DNA of 58,787 bases, the filler included. It is 6 parts of 6 records of this genome, joined end to end, with 100 filler letters (N's around TTAATTAATTAA, not from the genome) between each part and the next. Parts side by side here need not be neighbours in the genome. Positions count along the whole stretch, not along the records: positions 1 to 15,948 come from SRR2962707_1513; positions 16,049 to 27,486 come from SRR2962707_1516; 4 more parts are not named here. The stretch is one strand, 5' to 3'. Shown here in pieces: positions 10,081-20,459 of the stretch (position 1 is the first letter of the stretch; each line of letters opens with the position of its first letter). Both the position numbers and the translations under genes were made by a program. The notes beneath the pieces are model-generated. The model worked only from the letters and a program-made list of their open reading frames with translations, had not been told where the DNA came from and did not search any database.

Positions 10081-11433
10081 ATGAAAACTGCCTTTGCCCT
10101 TCTTGGTGCCTGTGCGCTTGCCGGATGCAGCGTGTCGTTGATCCGGCCCGACGCGACGCAGGCCGTGGCGGCGCAATATGTCGCAGCGCAACCGGGCGGT
10201 GCTGCGCTCGACTTGGATTGGTGGTCCCGGATCGGTGATCCGCAATTGACCGAGGTGCTTGCGCTGTCCCGGACCCACAGTCCCGACCTGCGTAGTGCGG
10301 CGGCGAGCGTGATGTCCGCCCGCGCGCAGGCGGGTCAGAGCAGCGCCGATCTATACCCCCAAGTCACAGGTACGGCCTCTGCCTCCGCAAGTGAAACCGA
10401 GATCGAAGGCCGCTCCGACAGCAGTTCGACGTTGGTGGATGCAAGTTGGGAGATCGACCTTTTTGGCAAGCTGCGCAACACCGCCCGCGCGGCGAACGTG
10501 CGCGCCCGGGCCGAGGAAATCTCCTACGCCGGATCCTACGTTTCGCTCGCAGCAGCGGTCGCCAACGGCTACGTCGACTACCGCGCCTGCAAGCTGGCCG
10601 AAGCAGAATACCGTAGCGCCCTTGCTTCGCAGCAAGAAACCGTCACCGCGACGCGCAGCCTTGTGAACGCGGGGCTAAGCGCGTCCGCCGATCTGTCGCT
10701 GGCGCGCGCCAATGTGGCGAACGCGCAGATTAACCTCACAAGCCAGCGCGCCGATTGCAAGGTGGCGGCTCAGGCCCTCGCGCAAATTGTTGGCGTACCG
10801 CAAGGGCAGATCGACGCGACCCTCGCCAAGGGGGGCGGGCTGCCCGTCGCAAAGACGTTCCGGGTCGCTTCTGTGCCCGCCGACATGCTCCGCCAGCGGC
10901 CCGACGTGATCGAGGCGGAAAAGCGTTTCGCGGCCAAGCTGCTGGATCTGAAGGTGGCTCAGGCGAACCTTTATCCCTCAATGACCCTCGACGGCAGCGT
11001 CACGGCCGTAGGCTCATCTTCTTGGTCTTTCGGCCCTGCATTGTCGCTGCCGATCGTCGACGGAGGCGCGTCACGCGCCGCCGTTCGCATGTCAAATGCA
11101 GACGCCCTGGTCGCGGCCGAGACCTATCGCTCGACCGTTCTGACTGCAGTGTCCGAAGTTGACGGGGCTCTGACCCACCTCGCCGCCGCCCGCGCGAACC
11201 TGAGCAGCGCGGAAAGCCTCGTGCAGCAGTATCAGGCCTATTTCAACGCGATCGATGAAGACTGGCGGGCCGGTGGCACCTCGCTGCTCGACCGCGAAGA
11301 CGCCCGCCGCCAGGTGCAATCGGCTCGGATCACCCGCATCAGCCAGCGCAAGGCGATGCTGGTGCAATGGATCACGCTTTACAAGGCAGTCGGCGGTGGC
11401 TGGGTGCCACCTGCGGCTGCCGTTCCCAGTTAG
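10081..11433 (+). CDS. RND efflux outer-membrane lipoprotein (NodT/OprM/TolC family)
   Basis: Lipobox ALAGC, ASWEIDLFG, LRQRPDV and LYKAVGGGW; GGAG RBS before ATG 10081. Confidence 0.92.
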   Translation: MKTAFALLGACALAGCSVSLIRPDATQAVAAQYVAAQPGGAALDLDWWSRIGDPQLTEVLALSRTHSPDLRSAAASVMSARAQAGQSSADLYPQVTGTASASASETEIEGRSDSSSTLVDASWEIDLFGKLRNTARAANVRARAEEISYAGSYVSLAAAVANGYVDYRACKLAEAEYRSALASQQETVTATRSLVNAGLSASADLSLARANVANAQINLTSQRADCKVAAQALAQIVGVPQGQIDATLAKGGGLPVAKTFRVASVPADMLRQRPDVIEAEKRFAAKLLDLKVAQANLYPSMTLDGSVTAVGSSSWSFGPALSLPIVDGGASRAAVRMSNADALVAAETYRSTVLTAVSEVDGALTHLAAARANLSSAESLVQQYQAYFNAIDEDWRAGGTSLLDREDARRQVQSARITRISQRKAMLVQWITLYKAVGGGWVPPAAAVPS

Positions 11434-11448
11434 ATTGAAGGCTTTCAC

Positions 11449-12603
11449 ATGACCGGAAAACGCGAACTTCTTCTCGGCGGCATCGCCGCTGCTGCTCTCG
11501 TGGGTATTGGCATGTTCATCCTGCCTATGATCGGAGGAGACGTGGCCCCCGCAGAAGCCTCCGCTGAGGCCCCACTAAGTGCGGCGGCGCTGACTGTGGC
11601 CGTGACCACGCCCCAGACCGACGTTTGGCCAGTCGAAGTTCGGGCGAATGGCTGGCTGGCCCCTTGGCAGGAAGTGGTGATCTCTGCCCAAGTCGGTGGA
11701 CAGATGATCGAAACTGTCAACGCCGACGTGGGCGAGACTGTGGGCAAGGATGATGTTCTCAGCGCGTTCTCGCGCGGGTCGTTGGAGAACGACATTCTGC
11801 AATTGGACGCGTCCCTTGAATCTGCACGAGCGTCTTTGGAACTTGCCACAGCCGATGCGGACCGTGCGCGCAAGCTGAGCAGCGGCAGCGCGATTTCCCA
11901 GCAGCAGGCCACCGAATATCTCTCGACGGAGCGCAAGGCGAAGGCGGATGTGTCCTCTGCTGAAGCGCAGCTCGCCTCGGCTCAGCTTGACCTTGATCAT
12001 ACCGAAGTGAGAGCCGTGACCGGCGGTGTTGTTTTGTCCCGCAGTGCGGCCGTCGGCGACGTGGTAAGCGCGGGTGCGGAGCTGTTCCGCCTCGTGCGTG
12101 ACGGGCGTGTCGAGTGGCAGGCCGAGGTGCCGCTGAACCAGTTGCGCAACATCGAGCTTGGCACCCCTGTCGCCGTCCCCACGCCGCTTGGTTATATTTT
12201 TGGCGAGGTGCGCCGCATTTCCGCCTCGGTCTCGGAAAGCAACGGGCGGGTGATTGTCTATGTTTCGCTGACGCCACCCGACGACACGGTGCAGCCTAAG
12301 ACGGGCATCATGATCTCGGGCGTCTTCAAGGTCGGTGAACGCGAGGCGCTGTCAGTGCCCTCGTCCTCAGTGGTGATGCAGGACGGATTTTCCTACGTCT
12401 TTACGCTGGAAGAAGGCGAAACGACCACGGTATCCCGTATCCGGGTTCAGACCGGCAGACGGCAAGACGACCAAGTGGAAATTACCAGCGATCTGTCCCC
12501 CGATGCACAGGTGGTGCGGGCGGGTGGCGCATTCCTGTCCGATGGGTCGGTTGTGCGGGTGTCCGCTGCGGGCGAAGAACCCAAAGTGGAGGCAAAGCCA
12601 TGA
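11449..12603 (+). CDS. RND efflux periplasmic adaptor (MFP)
   Basis: N-terminal anchor, lipoyl half-motifs, helical hairpin, GGAFLSDG; ATGA overlap with the permease. Confidence 0.92.
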   Translation: MTGKRELLLGGIAAAALVGIGMFILPMIGGDVAPAEASAEAPLSAAALTVAVTTPQTDVWPVEVRANGWLAPWQEVVISAQVGGQMIETVNADVGETVGKDDVLSAFSRGSLENDILQLDASLESARASLELATADADRARKLSSGSAISQQQATEYLSTERKAKADVSSAEAQLASAQLDLDHTEVRAVTGGVVLSRSAAVGDVVSAGAELFRLVRDGRVEWQAEVPLNQLRNIELGTPVAVPTPLGYIFGEVRRISASVSESNGRVIVYVSLTPPDDTVQPKTGIMISGVFKVGEREALSVPSSSVVMQDGFSYVFTLEEGETTTVSRIRVQTGRRQDDQVEITSDLSPDAQVVRAGGAFLSDGSVVRVSAAGEEPKVEAKP

Positions 12604-15600
12604 ACTTCTCCGCATGGTCCATCAAGAATCCCGTTATACCCATCCTTGCCTTTGTCCTTTTGACCATCACAGGACTGATGGCGTTTAACAGGCTGGACAT
12701 CCAGAATTTCCCCGACATGTCGCTGCCGACGATCTCGATTGCAGCCAGCCTCGACGGCGCGGCGGCAGCACAGCTTGAGACCGAGGTCGCGCGCAAGATC
12801 GAGGATCAGCTGACCGGATTATCGCAGCTTGATTCAGTGACGACCACGATCACCGACGGGTCAGTCAGCATTTCCGTCGCCTTCGAGGTAGGCAAGGACG
12901 TGCAGGTCGCGGCAGACGAAGTCCAATCTGCTGTGGATCAGTCGCAAAGCGATCTGCCCTCTGACATGAACGCCCCCACAGTGTCCAAGTCCACCCTTTC
13001 TGGTGGACCGCTGATCACTTATGTCGTCAGCTCGGACAAGCTCGACGACGCGGAACTGAGTTGGTTTATCGACAACGGCTTCAAACGCGCGCTCATGTCC
13101 GTCGATGGTGTCGGCGAGGTCGGCCGGCTTGGAGGCGTAGATCGCGAGATCCAGGTGGAGCTGAATCCGCTGCTGCTGAGCGGGCTCGGCCTTTCTACTG
13201 CAGACGTGAACGCTCAGCTTGACGACGTGCAGCGCGATCTGTCGGGTGGCAAGGCTGAAATCGGCAATGAATCGCAATCTGTCCGTGTCCTCGCGGCGTC
13301 GGAAAGCGTCGAAGACCTGCGCGCCCTCCCGATCCCACTGCCCAATGGCAGCTGGGTGCGGCTGGACGAGTTGGGGACAGTCACCGACACTTTTTCCGAT
13401 CTGTCCTCCCTTGCCTACCTTGATGGAAAGCCAGTCATCGCAGCGCAAATCAAGCGTCTGACCGGCTATTCTGACATCGTCGTGACCGAAAACACGCGCG
13501 AAGCTGTCAAGGAATTCGCCGCTGAAAATCGCCAAGTCATAATCAGCGAAGGCTACAACACGATCCTGCCCGCCGAGCAGAACTACTCTGCGTCGATGGA
13601 CATGCTTTACGAGGGCGCGGTGATTGCCGTGATCGTGGTTTTCCTATTCTTGATGGATTGGCGCGGCACTCTGCTGGCCGCCATTGCGCTGCCGTTGTCG
13701 ATCATCCCCACGTTTCTTATAATGGACTTTCTTGGCTACTCGCTGAACACCGTTACGCTGCTTGCCCTGTCGCTGGTGGTCGGTATTCTGGTGGATGACG
13801 CCATTGTCGAAGTCGAAAATATCGAACGGCACATGCACATGGGCAAACCCGCCTATGAGGCCTCGATTGAAGCTGCCGACGAGATTGGTCTGGCCGTTAT
13901 AGCCACCACGTTCACTCTGATCGCCGTGTTCCTTCCGACGGCATTCATGGGTGGAATCATCGGCATTATCTTCAAGCAGTTCGGCATCACGGCCTGCGTT
14001 GCAGTGTTCTTTTCGCTGCTGGTGGCGCGGTTCGTCACGCCGATGATGGCCGCCTACATGATGAAGGCGAAACCCATCGAAGAAGAAAAAGACGGCATCC
14101 TGATGCGCAGCTACATGTCCGTGATCCGCGGATCGTTGCGGCATCGCTGGGTCCCCGTCATTGGGGTGCTCGCATTCTTTGGGTTGACGATCGTGATGCT
14201 GGGTCAGTTGTCCACCGGCTTCTTCCCGGCCTCCGACGACAGTCAGACGCAAGTCACGATCACTACTGCGCCGGGCACGACGATCGAGGAAACCGATGCT
14301 GTGTCGCGCCAAGTCTCCAGCGCACTGGTCGGCGTCGATCACGTAATGGCTGTGTTTCAGGCTACCGGGTCGGCATCAAGCGGCGGCATGGGCGATGGCG
14401 GCACCACCAGTTCCGTCACTTCGGCGACCATCGTGGTCGACCTGACCAACATCGACGACCGAGATGTCTCCCAGACCGATATCGAGGCGGAGATTCGCAG
14501 CGCGGTCGAGGTCATTCCCGGTGCACGGATTGAGGTCGGCTCGGGCGGCAACGGCACGCAGCTTCAAATCACGATGGCCGGAGACAACTCAGAAACGTTG
14601 GAACAGGCCGCAAGCAATCTTGGTGATGAAATCAGGGCTAGCATCGCGGGCATCGGCAATGTGACCTCATCGGCTTCCATGCAGTCGCCCGAAATTGTCA
14701 TTACGCCCGACCTCGACCGTGCGGCATCCTACGGGGTGACATCGCGCGCGATCTCCAACGCGATCCGGGTTGCCACGTCGGGTGCCTACGATTCCGCGCT
14801 ATCGCAGTTGAACCTGCCCGAACGACAAGTCCCGATCCGGGTGACCCTCGCTGAACAAGCACGCCAGAGCCTGGACCAGATCAAGCTTATCCCAGTCGCA
14901 GGATCAGCCGGCAACGTGACGCTGGGCGCGATTGCCGAGATCTCGCTCGGCTCCTCTCCCTCCGAGATCAAGCGCCTTGACCGTTCGCGCAACGTCTCTG
15001 TCACGATAGAGTTGAACGGCCGCCCCCTGTCGGACGTCAACCGCGAGGTAGCACAACTGGACGGGTATCAGAATCTGCCGTCCAACGTCCATTTCGTTGA
15101 ACAGGGCGACCTGAAACGTCAGTCCGAGCTGTTCACAAACTTCGCCACGGCGATGGCGCTTGGTATCTTCTGCGTCTACGCTGTGCTGGTTATTCTATTT
15201 GGAGACTTCCTACAGCCGATAACGATCCTTATGGCGTTGCCTTTGGCGCTTGGCGGCGCGTTGTTTCCGCTGGTCATCACCGGCACCAGCTTTTCGATGC
15301 CGGCGGTCATTGGATTGTTGCTGCTGATGGGGATCGTGTCGAAGAACTCGATCCTGCTGGTGGACTATGCGCTGGTAGCCCGACAAGGCGGCATGGACCG
15401 GTTTGATGCCATGGTAGACGCATGCCATAAGCGCGCCCGCCCCATCATCATGACTACGGTCGCCATGTCCTGCGGCATGCTGCCCGCAGCACTGAGCTTT
15501 GTCGAAGGGGATCCAAGCTTCCGCCAACCGATGGCGACCGTGGTTATAGGCGGGCTGGTAACGTCTACGGTGCTGAGCCTCGTTGTTATCCCGGTTGTCT

Positions 15601-15680
15601 ATACGTTCATCGACGACTTCGAATTATTTGTGGTTCGCAGGTTTCGGAAGCAAGCGAAGACTTTGAGCGAATTGGCTTAA
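12600..15680 (+). CDS. RND efflux permease (AcrB/AcrD/AcrF family), 1026 aa
   Basis: GILVDDAIVEVENI, KNSILLVD and RARPIIMT motifs. Confidence 0.95.
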   Translation: MNFSAWSIKNPVIPILAFVLLTITGLMAFNRLDIQNFPDMSLPTISIAASLDGAAAAQLETEVARKIEDQLTGLSQLDSVTTTITDGSVSISVAFEVGKDVQVAADEVQSAVDQSQSDLPSDMNAPTVSKSTLSGGPLITYVVSSDKLDDAELSWFIDNGFKRALMSVDGVGEVGRLGGVDREIQVELNPLLLSGLGLSTADVNAQLDDVQRDLSGGKAEIGNESQSVRVLAASESVEDLRALPIPLPNGSWVRLDELGTVTDTFSDLSSLAYLDGKPVIAAQIKRLTGYSDIVVTENTREAVKEFAAENRQVIISEGYNTILPAEQNYSASMDMLYEGAVIAVIVVFLFLMDWRGTLLAAIALPLSIIPTFLIMDFLGYSLNTVTLLALSLVVGILVDDAIVEVENIERHMHMGKPAYEASIEAADEIGLAVIATTFTLIAVFLPTAFMGGIIGIIFKQFGITACVAVFFSLLVARFVTPMMAAYMMKAKPIEEEKDGILMRSYMSVIRGSLRHRWVPVIGVLAFFGLTIVMLGQLSTGFFPASDDSQTQVTITTAPGTTIEETDAVSRQVSSALVGVDHVMAVFQATGSASSGGMGDGGTTSSVTSATIVVDLTNIDDRDVSQTDIEAEIRSAVEVIPGARIEVGSGGNGTQLQITMAGDNSETLEQAASNLGDEIRASIAGIGNVTSSASMQSPEIVITPDLDRAASYGVTSRAISNAIRVATSGAYDSALSQLNLPERQVPIRVTLAEQARQSLDQIKLIPVAGSAGNVTLGAIAEISLGSSPSEIKRLDRSRNVSVTIELNGRPLSDVNREVAQLDGYQNLPSNVHFVEQGDLKRQSELFTNFATAMALGIFCVYAVLVILFGDFLQPITILMALPLALGGALFPLVITGTSFSMPAVIGLLLLMGIVSKNSILLVDYALVARQGGMDRFDAMVDACHKRARPIIMTTVAMSCGMLPAALSFVEGDPSFRQPMATVVIGGLVTSTVLSLVVIPVVYTFIDDFELFVVRRFRKQAKTLSELA

Positions 15681-15701
15681 CCGCTCGAATGGGTATCCTC
15701 C

Positions 15702-15739
15702 GAGCCGCCGTTTGTTCACGCTGGAGCAAACGGCTGCTC
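15702..15739. repeat. Single inverted-box unit after the RND operon
   Basis: GAGCCGCCGTT-N16-AACGGCTGCTC; same arm type and 16-nt spacing as the other clusters; no U-tract. Confidence 0.65.
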
Positions 15740-15948
15740 TCGGCCGCACACCAGCTGCTCGACGACACTGTGACGCTGCGGGCCCACCCGTCAGAGAGGG
15801 GCATTACTTGCAACTTAGAAACTAGGCAGTGGCATATTGCCGCACCCGCGCAACATCTTTCTATCGCTGCTCTCGCGCGGTTGCCGATTTTTAAACCTAT
15901 CCCCCCAACAGGATACAACCAATGAAACGCAAAATACTCTTCTGGCCA

Positions 15949-16048
15949 NNNNNNNNNNNNNNNNNNNNNNNNNNNNNNNNNNNNNNNNNNNNTTAATTAA
16001 TTAANNNNNNNNNNNNNNNNNNNNNNNNNNNNNNNNNNNNNNNNNNNN
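15949..16048. other. Artificial contig linker
   Basis: 44 N + TTAATTAATTAA (stops in all frames) + 44 N. Confidence 0.99.
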
Positions 16049-16476
16049 AAGGCGGTCGCCATCATCAGCACGAAGATCAGCACACCCAGGATCCACAGGA
16101 TCTCGCGGGGCGCCTTGTAGGAACCGAAATACATGCCACGGAAGATGTGGATGTAGACGGCAGCAAAGAACATCGAGGCGCCCACAGCGTGGAACGACTG
16201 GATCATGCGGCCGCCATTGACGTCACGACGGATGTGCTCGACGGAGTCGAACGCCATAGCGACATTTGGCGTGTAGTGCATCGCCAGAATAACGCCGGTG
16301 ACGATCTGGATACCCAGGCACATCACCAGAATTGCGCCGAAGGTCCAGAAATAGTTCAGGTTCTTCGGGGTGGGGAAGTCCATCAGGTGCTCTTTGGAGA
16401 ACCGGATGATCGGCAGACGTTCATCGAGCCATTTCTCGAGACCGGAGCCGGGCGTGTAAGTCGAATGTTCAGACAT
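16049..16476 (-). CDS. petB: Cytochrome b, 5' part (truncated by contig end)
   Basis: [18 protein letters not shown], heme-ligand His in HAVGASMFF and HIFRG. Confidence 0.95.
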
Positions 16477-16490
16477 CGCGGAGCTCCCTG

Positions 16491-17015
16491 CTAACCGATC
16501 TGGACCAGCGTATCGCTGAGAAATTCATAAGGCGGCAATACCAGATTGCTTGGTGCGGGGCCTTTGCGAATGCGGCCGGCTGTATCGTAGTGCGAGCCAT
16601 GGCATGGGCAGAACCAGCCATCAAAGTCACCCGAGTCGCCGACCGGAACGCAACCGAGATGGGTGCAGTTGGCGATCATGATCAGCCACTGCTCATGGCC
16701 TTCCTTGGTGCGCTCTTCATCGGTCGCTGGATCCTTGAGATCCGACAGCGGAACCGCCTGGGCTTCGGCAATCTCAGCTGGCGTACGGTGCCGGACAAAC
16801 ACCGGAAGACCGCGCCAGAGAATCGTTACCGACTGCCCTTCGGGAATGTTGGAGATATCAAACTCGATGCTGGCCAGTGCCAAGGTCGAGGCATCTGGGT
16901 TCATCTGATTGATCAGCGGCCACACCGTTGCCGCAGCACCAACGCCTGCCACTGCGCCGGTTGCGACGAACAGGAAATCCCGCCGTGTCGTTGAATGTTG
17001 AGCTTCCGTGGCCAA
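16491..17015 (-). CDS. petA: Ubiquinol-cytochrome c reductase Rieske iron-sulfur subunit
   Basis: Tat motif TRRDFL; CTHLGC and CPCHGS. Confidence 0.97.
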   Translation of the reverse strand: MATEAQHSTTRRDFLFVATGAVAGVGAAATVWPLINQMNPDASTLALASIEFDISNIPEGQSVTILWRGLPVFVRHRTPAEIAEAQAVPLSDLKDPATDEERTKEGHEQWLIMIANCTHLGCVPVGDSGDFDGWFCPCHGSHYDTAGRIRKGPAPSNLVLPPYEFLSDTLVQIG

Positions 17016-17248
17016 GGTCCGTTCCCCGTACTATCACATCAGACGCGGCCGGTAGCGGCGGTGCAGATTACGCATACGCGGAATCACCAGCCAACCACCC
17101 TCAAGCGGCCCGTCAGTTGCGGTCTTTTTGCACTGTCCCATCCGCTTGTCCAGTGATCCGCACCGTGACAGCCCCCAACTGCGACACTATACCCAGCAAA
17201 GGCCCGCAATCGCGGGCATTGTGCCACGCTCGCGTGCTGGGGATTGTG

Positions 17249-17719
17249 ATGCCGGTCGAACTTGCCCTCTATCAACCTGACATCGCCAACAATACCGGTA
17301 CGCTGATCCGGCTATGCGCCTGTCTGCAGACAACCATTCATGTCATCCACCCCACCGGATTCGTGTTTTCGCCCAAAACGCTGGCCCGCGCCGGTCTGGA
17401 CTATCTCGATCATGCCGTGGTGCGCGAACACAATAGCTGGACCCAGTTCGATGATTGGCGCCGTGCGGAAAACCGCCGGCTTGTCCTGCTGACCACCAAG
17501 AGCGAAACCTCGGCCTATGCAGCCCGATTTACGCCCGATGATATCATCATGGTGGGTCGCGAAAGCGCTGGTGTGCCTGACGCCGTTGCCGATGTCGTCG
17601 ATCTGGCTTTGCGCATACCAATGCGGGCTGGTTTGCGCTCGATCAATGTCGCGCTCGCTGCAACGCTTATTTTGGGCGAAGCAAAAAGGCAGACAGACGG
17701 GTTTACAGGACTACAATGA
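17249..17719 (+). CDS. trmL: tRNA (cytidine(34)-2'-O)-methyltransferase (SPOUT)
   Basis: [23 protein letters not shown] and RSINVA; start trimmed to ATG 17249. Confidence 0.88.
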   Translation: MPVELALYQPDIANNTGTLIRLCACLQTTIHVIHPTGFVFSPKTLARAGLDYLDHAVVREHNSWTQFDDWRRAENRRLVLLTTKSETSAYAARFTPDDIIMVGRESAGVPDAVADVVDLALRIPMRAGLRSINVALAATLILGEAKRQTDGFTGLQ

Positions 17720-18612
17720 CGGTTCATTTCACGGACACCATGACACTTCCCCCCGATATCGAAGACAAGAAGATCACCGCGCAAACCTGGTTCCGCGCCC
17801 TGCGCGACCGCATCTGCGCCGAGTTCGAAGCCATTGAGACCCAGGTCAGCGGCCCCAATGCCGATCAGCCGCCGGGCAAGTTCGAGCGCACCCCCTGGGA
17901 TCGCGCTGCTGGCGGCGGCGGCGAGATGAGCATGTTGCACGGCCGGGTTTTCGAGAAGGCCGGCGTGCACATCTCGACCGTGCATGGCGAGTTCTCAGAA
18001 GATTTCGCCAAGCAGATGCCGGGCACCGAAGCGGGCGCCCAGTTCTGGAGTTCTGGCATTTCGCTGATCGTGCACCCCTGCAATCCGCACGTCCCCGCCG
18101 TGCACATGAACACGCGCATGATCGTCACCGGCAAGCAGTGGTTTGGCGGCGGCGCCGACCTGACCCCGGTGCTGGACCGGCGCCGCACCCAGGACGATGT
18201 CGACACACTGGATTTCCACGCCGCCATGCGCGCCGCCTGCATCGACCGCCCCGGCGTCGACTATGATCGCTACAAGCAATGGTGCGACGACTACTTCTTC
18301 CTGCCCCACCGCAATGAGCACCGCGGCACGGGCGGCATTTTCTACGATCACCACAATACCGGTGACTGGGATGCCGATTTCGACTTCACCAAGGCCGTGG
18401 GCGAAGCCTTCGCCGGCATCTATCCGGAACTGGTCCGTCGCAATTTCGAAACGCCCTGGACCCCAGAGGATCGCAACGAACAGCTGATCCGCCGCGGCCG
18501 CTATGTCGAATTCAACCTGCTCTATGACCGGGGCACGACCTTCGGGCTCAAGACCGGCGGCAATGTGAATTCGATCCTGTCATCCATGCCGCCAGAAGTC
18601 CGCTGGCCCTGA
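17716..18612 (+). CDS. hemF: Oxygen-dependent coproporphyrinogen III oxidase
   Basis: [21 protein letters not shown] and [16 protein letters not shown]. Confidence 0.96.
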   Translation: MTVHFTDTMTLPPDIEDKKITAQTWFRALRDRICAEFEAIETQVSGPNADQPPGKFERTPWDRAAGGGGEMSMLHGRVFEKAGVHISTVHGEFSEDFAKQMPGTEAGAQFWSSGISLIVHPCNPHVPAVHMNTRMIVTGKQWFGGGADLTPVLDRRRTQDDVDTLDFHAAMRAACIDRPGVDYDRYKQWCDDYFFLPHRNEHRGTGGIFYDHHNTGDWDADFDFTKAVGEAFAGIYPELVRRNFETPWTPEDRNEQLIRRGRYVEFNLLYDRGTTFGLKTGGNVNSILSSMPPEVRWP

Positions 18613-18622
18613 GAGTGCTGCG

Positions 18623-19747
18623 ATGGTGCTGACCGACCTTCATTTCACCAGTTTCCGGTCGATCCGCACCATCGGCTTTCCTGTTCGCCAGCTCTCGGTT
18701 CTTGTTGGCGCCAATGGCGTCGGCAAGACCAATCTCTACCGCGCGCTTGAACTGGTCCGCGCCGCGGCGACCGGCGAGTTCGCTCAGGAGATTGCCCGCG
18801 AGGGCGGGCTTGCCTCGGTGATGTGGGCCGGCGAGCGCAAAACTCATGAACAACCTCGGCTCAGCCTGCGCATCGGTCTGGACAGTATCGACCCCGATGG
18901 CGATGGCCCCGCATGCAGCTATGAAATCGAGCCGGGTTTTCCCACCAAGGTGGATGCGGCCTTCTCACTCGAAGCCATGGTCAAGCGCGAAACGCTGACC
19001 CTGCTGGGCCGTCGTCCTGTCCCGCTGATGGAGCGCAAGGGACCGGCCATCTGGGTTCGCGACCCGGCCGGTGCCCGCATTCAGGCCGACAACGTTCTGC
19101 TCTCCAGCGAAACTGCGCTGGCCGAACTGCGCGGCTATCCTGAAATCGATCGGGTGCGCGAAGTCATTGCCGCCTGGCGTTTCTATCATGGCTTCCGCAC
19201 CGATGCAGGCTCGCCTCTGCGCCAGCCGGCCCGGGCGGTCACCGCGCCGATGCTCGACGCCAATGGGGCCAATCTCGCCGCCGTATTTGCCACGCTGCGC
19301 CATATTCGCCAGGACAGTGTCGATCTTGACGAGGCGATCGGCCACGCCTTCCCCGGCGCCACGCTTGAGGTCCCCATGCCGGAGCGCTTCGCCAGCTTTG
19401 CAATGCGGTTTGCCGATATGCCCAAGCGCGCCTTTGCCGCCAATGAACTATCGGACGGCACGTTGCAGTTTCTCGCTTTGATGGGCGCCCTGCTGGCCTA
19501 CCGCCTGCCCCCGCTGATCGCTTTGAACGAGCCCGAGACCAGCCTGCATCCCGACATGCTGCCGGCCCTGGCGCGGATCATCGCACGCGCCGCCCAACGC
19601 ACCCAGGTGTGGATCGTCACCCATTCGCAGGTTCTGGCGCAGGAACTGGCCGATCAAACCGGCATATTGCCCCGTCTGGTCATCCGCCAGCATGGCGGCA
19701 CCTGGCTCGAAGGGCTCAGTCAGATCGGCGAGTTTGTTGACGACTGA
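18623..19747 (+). CDS. ABC-fold AAA family ATPase (AAA_21/COG4637-like)
   Basis: GANGVGKTN, LSDGT, LNEPETSLHP and VTHS. Confidence 0.85.
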   Translation: MVLTDLHFTSFRSIRTIGFPVRQLSVLVGANGVGKTNLYRALELVRAAATGEFAQEIAREGGLASVMWAGERKTHEQPRLSLRIGLDSIDPDGDGPACSYEIEPGFPTKVDAAFSLEAMVKRETLTLLGRRPVPLMERKGPAIWVRDPAGARIQADNVLLSSETALAELRGYPEIDRVREVIAAWRFYHGFRTDAGSPLRQPARAVTAPMLDANGANLAAVFATLRHIRQDSVDLDEAIGHAFPGATLEVPMPERFASFAMRFADMPKRAFAANELSDGTLQFLALMGALLAYRLPPLIALNEPETSLHPDMLPALARIIARAAQRTQVWIVTHSQVLAQELADQTGILPRLVIRQHGGTWLEGLSQIGEFVDD

Positions 19748-20310
19748 GTGGTCTTGGGCTGCACCGGACGCTTGCGGGCCAGTCGGGCCTGCCGCATGGC
19801 ACGGAAGCGTGTCACCACCAGGCGGACCACAACGTAAAACACCCCAAACACCAGAATGGCGAGCGGCAGACCGCCGATCATCATGGTCTTGAAGGTCGGC
19901 CAGATGGCGTGGAAGCCTTCGGAAAACAGGCCATTGCTGAGCTGCTCACCGGTCGCCTGCAATTGCTTGCCCTCGGAAACACTCACGCCACCGCCACCCG
20001 TCAGCCAGTCGCCAACGGCGTAAGAGGCGGCAAAGAACAGCGGGAAGGTGAGCGGATTGCCCCAGACTGTGCCAATCGCGGCAGCAATCATGTTGCCGCG
20101 CGTGGCAAAGGCCAGCACAAAACCGAGGAAGAAATGCAGGCCGATCAGGGGAAACATCGAGACTGCCGCGCCCGATGCCACCCCGGCAGCAATGGCATGG
20201 GGGCTGGCTGAGAGCCGCATCACCCGCTTGCGCAGATAGGCGCTATAGCGCCGCATACCCATGCGGGGCCACAGATTGTTCCGTATCTTGTTCCACAAGC
20301 CTGCGCGCAT
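19720..20310 (-). CDS. DUF2062 family membrane protein
   Basis: RLSASPHAIAAG and GNPLTFP; start trimmed to ATG 20310. Confidence 0.8.
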   Translation of the reverse strand: MRAGLWNKIRNNLWPRMGMRRYSAYLRKRVMRLSASPHAIAAGVASGAAVSMFPLIGLHFFLGFVLAFATRGNMIAAAIGTVWGNPLTFPLFFAASYAVGDWLTGGGGVSVSEGKQLQATGEQLSNGLFSEGFHAIWPTFKTMMIGGLPLAILVFGVFYVVVRLVVTRFRAMRQARLARKRPVQPKTTQSSTNSPI

Positions 20311-20459
20311 GCTGCTCGGGTACTCCTCACCGTCTTGGCTGCAACCTACAGATAAACCACGGCCTTGTGACAGAAAAAGCACGCTGATTGTGGCAATATG
20401 ATTGGAACTTCCAGCACTTTGACGCGTTTCTTCGACTTAGTCGAACCTAGGAGGAAATC

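Noticed and set aside
67-15739. Contig 1 repeats as a CRISPR array or canonical integron attC sites
   Set aside because: Units are too degenerate and dispersed for CRISPR and there are no cas genes. No consistent RYYYAAC...GTTRRRY ends were seen, genes face both ways, and no intI is present.
16049-16476. petB fragments as pseudogenes
   Set aside because: Both parts are open to contig edges; truncation is an assembly effect.
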